A stretch of DNA of 57,631 nt, counting the filler, from Asterionella formosa (lineage: Eukaryota): NCBI GenBank assembly GCA_002256025.1. It is 7 parts of 7 records of this genome, joined end to end, with 100 filler letters (N's around TTAATTAATTAA, not from the genome) between each part and the next. Parts side by side here need not be neighbours in the genome. Positions count along the whole stretch, not along the records: positions 8,274 to 16,440 come from NKIB01012314.1; positions 16,541 to 24,695 come from NKIB01012315.1; 5 more parts are not named here. One strand, written 5' to 3'. Shown here in pieces: positions 9,006-20,365 of the stretch. A program made the translations under genes and the position numbers. The notes beneath the pieces were generated by a model. That model searched no databases, was not told the origin of the DNA, and was given only the letters and a program-made list of their open reading frames with translations. Within the stretch, counting starts at the first letter, position 1, and the number at the start of each line of letters is the position of its first letter.

Positions 9006-11528
9006 ATGGAGAGAGACCCAACGAGCACAGATCCTCTCGATGACATCTTGTTCATGCATGACGACAGCAAAGATCCACTTGAAGAAATGAAAAACTTTGT
9101 CGCTAAACTGGATGACCAAACTGATTTGCATCTAGAGCAATTTAAGGTCATGTATGATGAAGAAAGTGACGAAGATAGCGACTGGGACGAAAACACAGAC
9201 TTCGTCAAAATGACAACTGATTTCTTGTCGTATGCCCTTGGCAAGGAGAACGAAACAAAATCAACGCCCAAAAAAGCCACATCATCCAGACCGAATAGTC
9301 TTATCAATACTCCAAGAAGCATATTGACTCCGCGCAATCATTTTTTAATCGATTTCGAAGAAAATGAGTGTTTGACTCCTGACAAACAAATCAAGATGGA
9401 GCAAAAAGATTTTGGGACAATCGAATGTTCATTAAGTGAATTGTTGGACGAAATTCTAGCTGATGATGAAAGCACAGAAGAAAAGAAGAAAACAGACAGT
9501 GAAATGAACTGTGAGATTGAGGAAGATTATTCAGAAGCCTCAATCGATAATATCGACAACTATAAAAGCAGAGTAGAGATGAAGGAACCAAATAATGAGA
9601 TGAATTGCGCGGATGGGGAAGAAGATTCTTCAGCAGCCTCACTCGGTAACACCGACAGCACAAATCGACAATATTGCATCATTTCCCCGACGCATGGGGA
9701 ATCTGATTTATGTGACGCTTCAAACCGTACTGATCAAGTACAAGAAAGTCCTACAGATACGATGACAAAGAATGATCAGAATTTAGATTCCTCTCAAGAT
9801 ACTAAAAAATGGGAGCCTGGTAGCGATGAGGATGCCTCGTCCATTGTGAATTACAATACACTTGATCGCACTTCTGACCAACAAATTGAGGAGGATGTCA
9901 AGCATATTGACGTTTCAATATTAACTGGTAGCAGGCAGAATCCTGAGCAAAACACAAACAACAATGTTCTGTTTGAGCCTACTCAAGGCGGAAGCGAGTC
10001 AACTCTAAAGAATTCAATGCAAGTTGTATTATCAGTAGATAATTCTCTAGGCGACAACGACAAGAACTCATCAGAAGTCCCTAAATTTTCAGAAAAGCCG
10101 GATCGAAGTGGGAAAGAAGCAGATGATTTGCATGATGAATTGGATACAGTTTCCAAGGTTAAAACCGCAACAAGTCAAGAGCAAAAAGGAGACGCTCAAC
10201 CAGATACCAATGAGTTGATTCCGCAAGAATCACAAGATAAGGACGACCCCTATGAATGGGCTTACGCCGTTTGGAGGGCCAAGGGGCTTATGGGGCGAAC
10301 CGACCAGAAACCTGGGAAGAAACAGCAAGTGACCCAAAAAATCACAGCGGCAGCACCTCCCCCTCAATCTGAACCCAAGGTGTATGTCATAGGCCCAGTC
10401 CGGGAGCCACAACCTTTGCCGGATGCAACAAATGGCCGTGAAAGGGCAGGCAAGTGGAATCAAAATGCATCTGGCAACTTTGGTAGTTTGATGCAGCGAT
10501 GGAAGCAAAAAAGTGACTGCACTCCCGTACCTGATTTATTTTCACCAACTCAAAGTACGCCTGCAGTACCTATCCCTCGTTCGACAAAGAAGGATTTGGA
10601 CGGCATAGGAGAGGTTGGCACAGTAAGAAAAAAGGCAGGTGCAGTCACAAACACTAAAGAAAATTTGATGGTGGTAGAGTCCATCACCGACCGAAGCTTA
10701 CAGGAGAAAGTTGATGCATTTTCAATTGCCACTGATAGCATTTCCTTTGACGAATATGTTCTGCCTATAGAATTTACGACTTCCAGTAAAAGGAACGCAA
10801 TTAAATCAGATGAAATGGTCGGAATGACAATTCTCAGCATGAGTGGAGAGGGTTTTCGAAACTCTCTTCAAATAGATGTATACCACGATGAAAGCATAGC
10901 GGACTCCGACGAAGACAGTGTCACGGGGGGTAATGACCTCACTGAAATGGCCGCTCAATGTCAAATCGCAAACTCAGATCATGCTCAGGGATGTGCGTGT
11001 TCAGCTTCTGTATTTTCTGGAAATGATGTCCTTGAAGATTTTTTCTTACCTCAACTTGGGATGGCTTGCACTTGTAGTACAAACAGGTCTGCTTCGTCCA
11101 TGAATGCCAATCATCCTACTTCTCTTGAGAATATCCTTCGCCCTTGGCAAGTGGCGTTCTGCAAATCTTTTGGTATTCGAAAAGGTGAGCAGCTTGTCAA
11201 AGCTCATCATAGTTCTGCCAATATATTGGCCAGTGCTATGCGTAAATGGCGAAAGGTACATGGTATGACTAGAGCCCGGACTGTTTCCTGCGGCGTAGCG
11301 CTGAACATTTGGGCTCGAAGCTGCAAGTACTTTGTACGGTCGGTGAGAATGCAAAGGAGTCAAGGTATCAGGATGATCCAGCCGCCAAGCACACTCGATT
11401 GCATGTCCGAAATGCGGTCTCAGGGGGAATGGCGCATGTCAATTCCTGTCTCCTCCAACAATAGGATCAGAACATCGTCGGAAAGGGCGAGCCTTTGTGG
11501 AGACGCTGACTCGGAAGTTGAAATTTAG
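9006..11528 (+). CDS. Hypothetical 840-aa protein: acidic disordered N-terminal region and Cys/Trp-containing globular C-terminal domain
   Basis: Long uninterrupted ORF. The C-terminal block CACSASVFSGN..FFLPQLGMACTC..LENILRPWQVAF..SCGVALNIWARSCK looks ordered, but I did not identify the family. Confidence 0.8.
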   Translation: MERDPTSTDPLDDILFMHDDSKDPLEEMKNFVAKLDDQTDLHLEQFKVMYDEESDEDSDWDENTDFVKMTTDFLSYALGKENETKSTPKKATSSRPNSLINTPRSILTPRNHFLIDFEENECLTPDKQIKMEQKDFGTIECSLSELLDEILADDESTEEKKKTDSEMNCEIEEDYSEASIDNIDNYKSRVEMKEPNNEMNCADGEEDSSAASLGNTDSTNRQYCIISPTHGESDLCDASNRTDQVQESPTDTMTKNDQNLDSSQDTKKWEPGSDEDASSIVNYNTLDRTSDQQIEEDVKHIDVSILTGSRQNPEQNTNNNVLFEPTQGGSESTLKNSMQVVLSVDNSLGDNDKNSSEVPKFSEKPDRSGKEADDLHDELDTVSKVKTATSQEQKGDAQPDTNELIPQESQDKDDPYEWAYAVWRAKGLMGRTDQKPGKKQQVTQKITAAAPPPQSEPKVYVIGPVREPQPLPDATNGRERAGKWNQNASGNFGSLMQRWKQKSDCTPVPDLFSPTQSTPAVPIPRSTKKDLDGIGEVGTVRKKAGAVTNTKENLMVVESITDRSLQEKVDAFSIATDSISFDEYVLPIEFTTSSKRNAIKSDEMVGMTILSMSGEGFRNSLQIDVYHDESIADSDEDSVTGGNDLTEMAAQCQIANSDHAQGCACSASVFSGNDVLEDFFLPQLGMACTCSTNRSASSMNANHPTSLENILRPWQVAFCKSFGIRKGEQLVKAHHSSANILASAMRKWRKVHGMTRARTVSCGVALNIWARSCKYFVRSVRMQRSQGIRMIQPPSTLDCMSEMRSQGEWRMSIPVSSNNRIRTSSERASLCGDADSEVEI

Positions 11529-11983
11529 GATTTAGGTAACTTAGTATGAAAAAGCTAGTTATTTTTTGTAATAGCCACTATGATCCGCATAAATCTTAAT
11601 ATTTTCCCAAACTCAGAGCGCAAAATCAATCTCCCCTAGTCTCCTGCATTTCATCGACACGGCGAACGGTCCCGCGCTAAATTGATTCATAATTGGCCAT
11701 CATTATTTCGTTTGGGCGATGTGTAACAAACTACACTTAACATTGCGTCGTTGATATCACCGCTGTATCTGCTTCTGCATGTGGGATGATGGTTAGAATA
11801 AAACATAATGTTTTGAATTTGGAATCTTACGACATGATATTTGATTCGACATGCCGAAGAAAGTAAAATAGACTAATTGACGTAAAATACGAGAATGGAT
11901 AACCCACTACTCGTGCCAATCAATGTTGCACAATCATGGATGGTAGTACTTGTAACTGCAGCAAGAAAATGCTTCCAAGCAAC

Positions 11984-13324
11984 CTACCGAATGAATATTG
12001 CGCGCACATGAGAGTGAAATGGAAACAATTGCAACGTACCTTTGTCACAGTCACATTTTCTCGACGTGTTAATTTCATGATAGTTGGCCCAAGGTCCGCC
12101 TTGAAGGCTGTAGAAATCCATCGGATACACATCGTTCCATTCTGTCACCCCCAATGCGACATGTAGTTCATAGGGACTCAGTACAGGGGTCCCAAAGTAA
12201 TGTCCCCAATCCACGCTCAATCGCGGGCACGCAATTTGCACCCATACTTGTATCTGGTGCATGAGTTTAAGTTTGGCAGGAGATAATTCGGAGAGCAGAA
12301 GGATGAAATATCTTTTATTGTGCTGTTGGAAGAGTTTCTGCAGTTGTCGCAAAATGGCTGGATTTCCTTGTCGACCCAGCGTACCCAAGACAATGCCAAA
12401 GACTTGCTTATCTGCCGCTCCCTGAATCGCCCGCTGCCTCAATGCGTGCATTTCCTCGTGAGCGTATTCTTCTTTTGTAAGAGTTTTGCTATATGGGTCG
12501 TATCTTAGAAAAAGTTTGACATGCGGGTTGTAAATCATAGTACTTTCTAGATGAAAGCGTCCATCGGCGCAGAAGATGACCGTATCAGTGGGACCTACCC
12601 TGGGTGAGGTGCACCCCAAGACTTCCCCCGGCGAGAGCGGTTTCGCTTGTGGCATGGTACATGCGTATCCCTGATCGTGGAAGATGCGCATGGCTTGCAC
12701 CATACCTTGCCTAAACTGAATGGTCCCCAAGAGCGCCAGTGGCGCTTCTCTATCCGGTATCGTCTGAACGACGCAATCCACCAAGTGCTGCACGTCAATC
12801 TGTAATTCCACAAAAACGTACAAACACGGAATAACAGAATGCTGCAGTGGCACGAGACACGAGTGTCCGTAATGAATGAGTAAGTTCGCCCCCATGGCTT
12901 GCGCAGACAAGTCATCGACACAGCAGGCCCCATAAGTGACATCGCCGAGGATTGATACCTGCGTCAAGGTGGGCACCATTCGCTGCAAGACATCGGCAAT
13001 TACAGTGGCATACAAGAGCAGTCCTTCTGGCATTTGAAGGGCCACGTGGGTGGCGGCAAGGGTCATGATGCGTGAGAGGCATTTTTCGATTTCAAAGTTG
13101 TATGCCTTGGGGAGGGAGGATTCGAGCAGCACTTTGTCAAGGAGTCCCTGGTCGATGCTGGGTCCTGTGTCCGGCTTGCGGCGGCGGATGATGCGGCGCG
13201 GTTGCTTGTATACTGACGAGCGTGCGATGCTGCTGCTGTCTGCTGAATCGGCGTGGCTTGTACGGGTAGTGATGTCGGTAGAAGCAGCAGGATCTGCCGC
13301 CGTGATGGTGGCATCTGTCGACAT
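11984..13324 (-). CDS. DPH1: Diphthamide biosynthesis protein 1 (2-(3-amino-3-carboxypropyl)histidine synthase subunit)
   Basis: YNFEIEK, ALQMPEGL, DVTYGACCVDD, HYGHSCL, GEVLGCTSP, GTLGRQG and QIACPRLSVDWG, with all three Fe-S Cys motifs present. The extreme C-terminus may be spliced (donor G|GTACGT at 12039). Confidence 0.95.
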   Translation of the reverse strand: MSTDATITAADPAASTDITTRTSHADSADSSSIARSSVYKQPRRIIRRRKPDTGPSIDQGLLDKVLLESSLPKAYNFEIEKCLSRIMTLAATHVALQMPEGLLLYATVIADVLQRMVPTLTQVSILGDVTYGACCVDDLSAQAMGANLLIHYGHSCLVPLQHSVIPCLYVFVELQIDVQHLVDCVVQTIPDREAPLALLGTIQFRQGMVQAMRIFHDQGYACTMPQAKPLSPGEVLGCTSPRVGPTDTVIFCADGRFHLESTMIYNPHVKLFLRYDPYSKTLTKEEYAHEEMHALRQRAIQGAADKQVFGIVLGTLGRQGNPAILRQLQKLFQQHNKRYFILLLSELSPAKLKLMHQIQVWVQIACPRLSVDWGHYFGTPVLSPYELHVALGVTEWNDVYPMDFYSLQGGPWANYHEINTSRKCDCDKGTLQLFPFHSHVRAIFIR

Positions 13325-13612
13325 GCGAAGTGTGTTCTATGATCGGATGAGGAATTTGTTGCGAGATCAATGCAAAGGATCTCCCGGTTATGATTCGTCG
13401 ATTTAATTCTTGTCATCATCAGCAGTCTGTTTGTTTTTATCATGAATCATTGCTGTGGATTGATGGCAGGCACATGTCACTGATGTCTATACGTATACCC
13501 GGTCCCTGGTACCAGGTACCAGGTACCAGGGTACCTGGTAGTCAGGAATGAGTATATAGCCTGTAGCCTAATGATTTGTGAACCACAGGACCAGGTACCA
13601 GGTACCAGTTAT

Positions 13613-13786
13613 AAGTGGCTTTGAGCCACGTTATTATATCGTTTTCCGACTAATTCTAAAAGTATGCTACAATCGATCCCCTCTTCCGCCCTTTGGCACA
13701 ATATTAGATAGTTCATTAAGCTACATGAGAATCTGATCATTTCTTTACTTGAACATATTTTAACTGAGATCTATCAATTTAAAAGT
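13613..13786 (+). mobile_element. Terminal region of a TIR DNA transposon (same family as the MITE at 51663-51870)
   Basis: Starts aagtggctttgagccacgttattatatcg and aligns over about 170 bp with the reverse complement of 51696-51870. Confidence 0.7.
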
Positions 13787-13889
13787 TCATCTACACAATT
13801 TGCCTTTACAACTTTCATCGTTCACTAGTCTTTTTTTTCACCCAATTGATTTCCATAAATGCCATGCTGGAAAGAGCGAAACATAATAA

Positions 13890-15030
13890 TTATCTCGTTC
13901 TAATTGATCCAACACCTCGCTCAGCAGTCAGCATAATTGGTTTCATAGATTGAATAGAATCTTCTTGCGGTTTCAATGCAGGCACAAGAAACACAGCAGA
14001 CAGAATATTGTTAAAATCGGCAACACTCAATTCAGTTGTATCGTTGTATATAGAGTTTCCTCTTGCAAAGAACAAACATTTATGAGGTTTCATTCCTGAT
14101 GATCTTTTCAAGTAACATATAGAGGCTAAAAGAAAGATAGTATCATTTAAGAAAATTTCATTTCCCCAAAGAAAAAACTTTCCAAGAACAGTATATGAAC
14201 TTGACCGATTCCCCTTCTCCCAGTTCATTTCAATCCAATCAAACCATTCCCATCAAGATATCCCAGATTTTGAATCATTATTCCATTTGGGGTAACATTT
14301 CAAGATAGTACTTTGTCCAGGTGCGTTCATGTGAATTTTGACATGATTATAAAATTCAATCCTAGTTAGTACAGTCAACGACTTCCCTTCATTTTCATTT
14401 AGACTTTTTGCTCTTTCCATTACTGAATGTGCTATGTTTTTAACATGGATAGCACCATGTGGAAAATCAGGATGAAATAATTGCGAGAGAGGCGTTCATA
14501 TAATTATATAACGAATCCAAAACTTTTGGATTCGTTGAAATACTTTGAAAGTATTTCATTATTCCAAGTAACAGTTGATGGAGAACCTCGAAGGGTGTTG
14601 TTCCAGATAATCCTTTGGCATCACTGCCAAAGTAATGCTTCATTTATGCTGGGATGAATGGATTATGAGAAATGACGCGACACCACTCATTTCGTGTTGC
14701 GAATTTACTATTTGACTGACCCACACCAAAAATTGTTGGTATTGATGGTAATTTTCCATCTGGATAAGTTTCTGTATCCATGTATTTCCACAGAAAATTA
14801 TTTTCATCGGAAACTTCACGCAGTTCACATTCTATATCCGGATTGTCAGCGTCTTCTGTACATACTTCGCGAGCAATCTTGGCAAACAGGCATGTTGTTG
14901 AAATAAATCATTATCTCCACGGAAACATAATTTTTTCAATGTTCTTCTGTGTCTCCAACTATCATTCAAATATGGAAATAACCCCATCATTATTTTCACT
15001 TTCGGGGTTGCGCATTCCATAATTGAACGC
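13890..15030 (-). pseudogene. Decayed transposase-like coding remnant
   Basis: Fragmented minus-strand frames. CYPKWNNDSKSGIS*WEWFDWIEMNW resembles the (R)AHP.Y....PWYDW.MV.W block of CMC/Plavaka-like transposases, and it lies inside the TIR end above. Confidence 0.3.
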
Positions 15031-15447
15031 AAATGCCGTTGTTCTACTGTTACATCTTACTTTTTACGTATGTTGAGAATAGATAGTTTGAAGAAAAATG
15101 TATCCGTGCGCATCTGCATTTTATTCGAGATATTTGTAAGTGAAAATCGAAAAAGCCCGAAAACGTTTTTATATGTAGTTTCCAATTTTAAATTTACTTG
15201 GTGAGAGATAAAAATGAGGTCATAAGGCACCATCATTTTTCTTATTGTTCAATGCACCATCATGGAATGATTTGTCTCCACGAATGAGAAAAATCATTTT
15301 CATTGGAATCTTAAATGAAATGACAAAGTAATTTGGAGAAATGACATAATCACTTATTAAACTAGTTTCACCATTGATTACCACCGCCGCTTAATGCCAT
15401 GATTAACCCCCAGTGCGTAGGATTTTCTGTTTTCATTTCTTCTTCAC

Positions 15448-16440
15448 TGTAGTCTCACTGTAGTCAAGATGTGGTTTCTGTGGTTGTACAGCATTATCTG
15501 ATTTACAACTGGTATATATAAGAGAAACTGTTATAAATCGCAAGTCTGTCCTTCTGATCTATCTTTTTGTCTGACGCATGAAGTATTGTGTACTCGTGTG
15601 ACTCGTTATTCTAGTCCGGATAAACTAATCTAATCACTCTTTTAACATACCCCCTTCCAAACTCTCTTTGAGCTTGTCAGGTTCGTTAATCGACTCACAC
15701 AACTCTCCTCCTCCTCATTCGTCCTCGTCGTCCTTCTCCATCGTTCCCTCTTTCACTACAGGTTATGAGCCCAAACTGTTTCCTTGAAAGAAACGAAATT
15801 GTTGATTGTTGATTGTTGATTCGATCTCACCATCGGCGCCGACCACAAACTCTCATTCGAATTCGATTGTTCTCACATCGTTCATTTGTCTTCTACATCT
15901 GTCTAGCTGTATAATACACTACACAGTAGCAGTAGTCAATTATATTGAGTAATCTCTATCAAAAGGGTGTTATTTGGCATTCTCTTGATCCTACACAACA
16001 TCTTATTCATTCCCTCATTGTCTCTGCTATTCAACGAGCTCGCTCAGCAAATCCACATGGTGCATGCCAGCACTCTTGGTGTGGTGTCAAACATGATCCC
16101 CTTTGTTGTTGTATTTGTTTTGGGACAAACCATAAGACGCCAGATTGCTGGCACCTCAATGGACTATCTGACACCAGGAAAGAGCTATTAGTCAAAGCAA
16201 AGACTGCCCAGGCGGCTCAACTCCCACCTTTTGACAGTACCCCATCAACTCTTCGTGCATCTCGTCAATATCTACAGACAACATCTTCACCCTCTCGTGC
16301 ACTACATGTCAACGCAATCTCATCCACAACCCATGAAGAATCACATGCACCACTAGTTGATTCCTTGCTCGATGAGGTGCGATCTACTTCAGCTGCAGAT
16401 TTCGCTTCATCTCTTGAGCCTACTCCCCATGTCTACAGTT
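15448..16440 (+). mobile_element. Copia family B: 5' LTR, PBS and partial gag
   Basis: LTR with TATATATAA (about 15513) ends ...CACTACA at 15760; its start at TGTAG is approximate. PBS GGTTATGAGCCC (15761-15772) is the copia-type internal tRNAiMet-half primer site. Zinc knuckle CCICFGTNHKTPDC (CX2CX4HX4C) at 16107-16148. Cut by the scaffold end. Confidence 0.75.
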
Positions 16441-18832
16441 NNNNNNNNNNNNNNNNNNNNNNNNNNNNNNNNNNNNNNNNNNNNTTAATTAATTAANNNN
16501 NNNNNNNNNNNNNNNNNNNNNNNNNNNNNNNNNNNNNNNNCTGCGCATTATTTCTCACCTATCATCGTGATACAGTTCATTTCAGGAGTGCTTCAGAAAC
16601 ACCATCTCCGTCCAAATCAAGGGTGACCTTGTACGGGCGTGTGAAAAACAGGGTATCCCTTGAATTGGAACTGATCCTTGTATTTGATCTTAAAACCATC
16701 ATATTTCGGAGAAACTATCTATACCATATATTGGAGGGTCCTTATGGAAATTACCTTGCATTGAAAAAACCCTATTTCCTTGTATTGGCGAGAGCGCGGA
16801 TTCGCAACTCTAACAAAAAAGCTAATTAGCCATTAAAACAAGGTCAACCTTGTTTCGGTAAATTGCTTTTTTACCTTATATTTGAAATACAAGATATTTT
16901 CGTTTCCTGTGTTGATACCAATACGTATTTTTTCCATAAAATTCTTGTATTCACCAGATGGTGCGACCTGCGTACTTCACGCAAGTGCAGGCGAGCAATA
17001 GGCCGCCGACAAAAGAGGCTTTTCCAGCATACTACATATAAATATGAGTCTGCTCAAATAATCTTGAAGATCCAATGGGAAATAGAACCATGTGAATGCC
17101 GAAACACTATTCACACCACTTTCTTCATGATATCCATTAAAAATACCTTATACAATCACTAATATCTTGCAATATCACTAGTTATTAGCTATAACATCTC
17201 CCAGAAAATCAGACAGGATGATTAAATAAAGCAAAACAATAATCATGTGAACAGCTGGGAGGACCCTGTTACACAATCCAGCACCAGTCTTGGTCACCAC
17301 CATTGCATACCAATACAGCACTGAGCCAGTCTGTTTCAATATGGCTGGCTGTGTCTTCCTCATAAAAATCATATGCCACACAAGGAACTGATTGAGCCCT
17401 GGTATTCTCTTCAAGGGTGCTGCAAGCTTGAACTATGATTACGAAGTGCTTCATCCATTATATGATATGATTGCAAATTGGTTGCCACAATAACAATTCT
17501 TATTCTGTCCTGGTGATCGTCATTTCTCAATCAGAATTTCCATAATAGGGACCTTTCAATCTTTCCTTTCTTCTAGATACCATCACTTGCTGCTTGGGAT
17601 ATATAATGAGGTATATTCCTACTGGCTGTCTGACTGATTCCTGCTTTTTTCCATTTTGATTTCTTCTTTCTTTATTTTTCGTTCTGCACTTTGTTCTAAA
17701 CAGTTTGGAATTTATTTTTCATCGGCTGATCTGTGCGGATGACAACAAGGAATGCTAAAAAGAGCTATTAANNNNNNNNNNNNNNNNNNNNNNNNNNNNN
17801 NNNNNNNNNNNNNNNNNNNNNNNNNNNNNNNNNNNNNNNNNNNNNNNNNNNNNNNNNNNNNNNNNNNNNNNNNNNNNNNNNNNNNNNNNNNNNNNNNNNN
17901 NNNNNNNNNNNNNNNNNNNNNNNNNNNNNNNNNNNNNNNNNNNNNNNNNNNNNNNNNNNNNNNNNNNNNNNNNNNNNNNNNNNNNNNNNNNNNNNNNNNN
18001 NNNNNNNNNNNNNNNNNNNNNNNNNNNNNNNNNNNNNNNNNNNNNNNNNNNNNNNNNNNNNNNNNNNNNNNNNNNNNNNNNNNNNNNNNNNNNNNNNNNN
18101 NNNNNNNNNNNNNNNNNNNNNNNNNNNNNNNNNNNNNNNNNNNNNNNNNNNNNNNNNNNNNNNNNNNNNNNNNNNNNNNNNNNNNNNNNNNNNNNNNNNN
18201 NNNNNNNNNNNNNNNNNNNNNNNNNNNNNNNNNNNNNNNNNNNNNNNNNNNNNNNNNNNNNNNNNNNNNNNNNNNNNNNNNNNNNNNNNNNNNNNNNNNN
18301 NNNNNNNNNNNNNNNNNNNNNNNNNNNNNNNNNNNNNNNNNNNNNNNNNNNNNNNNNNNNNNNNNNNNNNNNNNNNNNTCATAATTATGGTTTCAACGTT
18401 GTGATGTTCCCTACAACAACAGTAAGTCGGCCATCTTTGACATCCAATCACACACAGTCCATAGATGGCGACTAGTCAAAATACATACCAGCAAAATGTT
18501 CTGTAAAGAGAATTGCTCAATCAATGATACATCACACAAAGCTTTTGCAATTAATTGGAATTGATTTGATGAAAAAGAAGAAAATAATTTATCCTCTTTA
18601 TTCAATAAACGTAGGCAGCATTAAAATTGGAACTCGTAAAAGGCTTCTATTGTCTTACTAGTAGTAGGCAACATTCTTGAACTTCTTGATTGGTTGCTGT
18701 GATGACCAATCATCTCTATATACTACCAGTTAATGGAGAACAGCCATAAAACTGCCAAAGCTAACCTCCTGATGACCTGCCAATTTATATTTAGATAGTG
18801 ATACAGTCATCTATTTATAAGTGAAACAAGAA

Positions 18833-19180
18833 GGGAGATTGCTTAGTTGGTTAGCATGCCTTCCGAGCAGATGGTGGTGGGTTTGGCTCCTGCATTCTTC
18901 ACCCACCTGTCTTTCTTTTTCATCTAGTCCATAGGGTTCTGGGTGTGTGGCTACTGAAAAAAGCCAGGTCCTGTTGTACCATATGGACGATAAAACTGGT
19001 GCTGATTACTGTGTTCCAGCACCTGAAGTCACTATATTTGTTGGGATGATACCACTGCTGGGTTGGTAAGTAGCTAAGTATATGAATGCCAGGACCAGCA
19101 ATGCCAAGAAGTGCTGTGCATTCTACCCTTCTAGCAAATGAGTAATTTACAAAGCAATTAATATAAATTAAGCTAATTTT
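18833..19180 (+). mobile_element. tRNA-derived SINE-like element, copy 1
   Basis: tRNA-like head with A- and B-box-like sequences, colinear with 37363-37706. Flanked by direct repeats tttataagtgaaacaagaa (18814-18832) and tttataagtggaaacaagaa (19179-19198). Confidence 0.75.
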
Positions 19181-19557
19181 TATAAGTGGAAACAAGAATT
19201 TATGCTGGAAACAAAACTCATTTTTCAAACTGATGATCATGGTAGCTAGTAGCTAGCTAGGTGACTTGATGATTGACAATCCATTGTTTCCTTTTGAATC
19301 TATTGGGCTAAAGTTTGTCATGGTATCTATTGCTTGAGTCTTTTCAGTAATTCAGCTTGTTCTATACACCATATTCCATTTTACTAGACTACCTGTTGGA
19401 AGATTTCAGTCACGACAGGAATCAATGACTGTATAATCTGCTGAATATTATGATACTACTTGGTACCTGGTACCATACTATAGGTGGTGCGTCAGTAAAG
19501 GTTTGGATTCCTCTGTATACAAGCAAGCTCCCATCAACCGGTACATTACCGGTACTT

Positions 19558-19688
19558 TACGTCACTCACTCGTCATGCAATAAGGATGTCATGATGTGGA
19601 CCGTTTCAATCGCCCGGTACCAGGTACCTGGTACATTTCTATACGTCACTCACTCGTCATGTAAAATGTATGTCATGATATGGACCGT
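19558..19688 (+). repeat. 47-bp direct repeat, two copies 84 bp apart, separated by a GGTACC tract
   Basis: tacgtcactcactcgtcatg....atgtcatgat.tggaccgt at 19558-19604 and 19642-19688. Confidence 0.8.
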
Positions 19689-20365
19689 ACCAGGGTAGGT
19701 AACAATATAACGACAGCAATGTTGAACCCTCGAACGATGACGTGATCTGGAAATGTCAAGGGTAAATATCTGGGTGAGCTAATTTCCAGATCGGTTTGAG
19801 TGACAGATTTAGTAGCTATTGACNNNNNNNNNNNNNNNNNNNNNNNNNNNNNNNNNNNNNNNNNNNNNNNNNNNNNNNNNNNNNNNNNNNNNNNNNNNNN
19901 NNNNNNNNNNNNNNNNNNNNNNNNNNNNNNNNNNNNNNNNNNNNNNNNNNNNNNNNNNNNNNNNNNNNNNNNNNNNNNNNNNNNNNNNNNNNNNNNNNNN
20001 NNNNNNNNNNNNNNNNNNNNNNNNNNNNNNNNNNNNNNNNNNNNNNNNNNNNNNNNNNNNNNNNNNNNNNNNNNNNNNNNNNNNNNNNNNNNNNNNNNNN
20101 NNNNNNNNNNNNNNNNNNNNNNNNNNNNNNNNNNNNNNNNNNNNNNNNNNNNNNNNNNNNNNNNNNNNNNNNNNNNNNNNNNNNNNNNNNNNNNNNNNNN
20201 NNNNNNNNNNNNNNNNNNNNNNNNNNNNNNNNNNNNNNNNNNNGATTAGACAATCTGTTGTCCATCATTTCTTCGTTTCGTTGTAACGCACTCCATCGCG
20301 TTACTCAGAGTCCATTTGCAGCGACTCAACACACACACAAGCTTCTCTATTGTTTCTGATTCATC

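Noticed and set aside
16541..17770. Possible transposon end and decayed ORFs
   Set aside because: No second copy, TIR pair or recognisable motif in the window.
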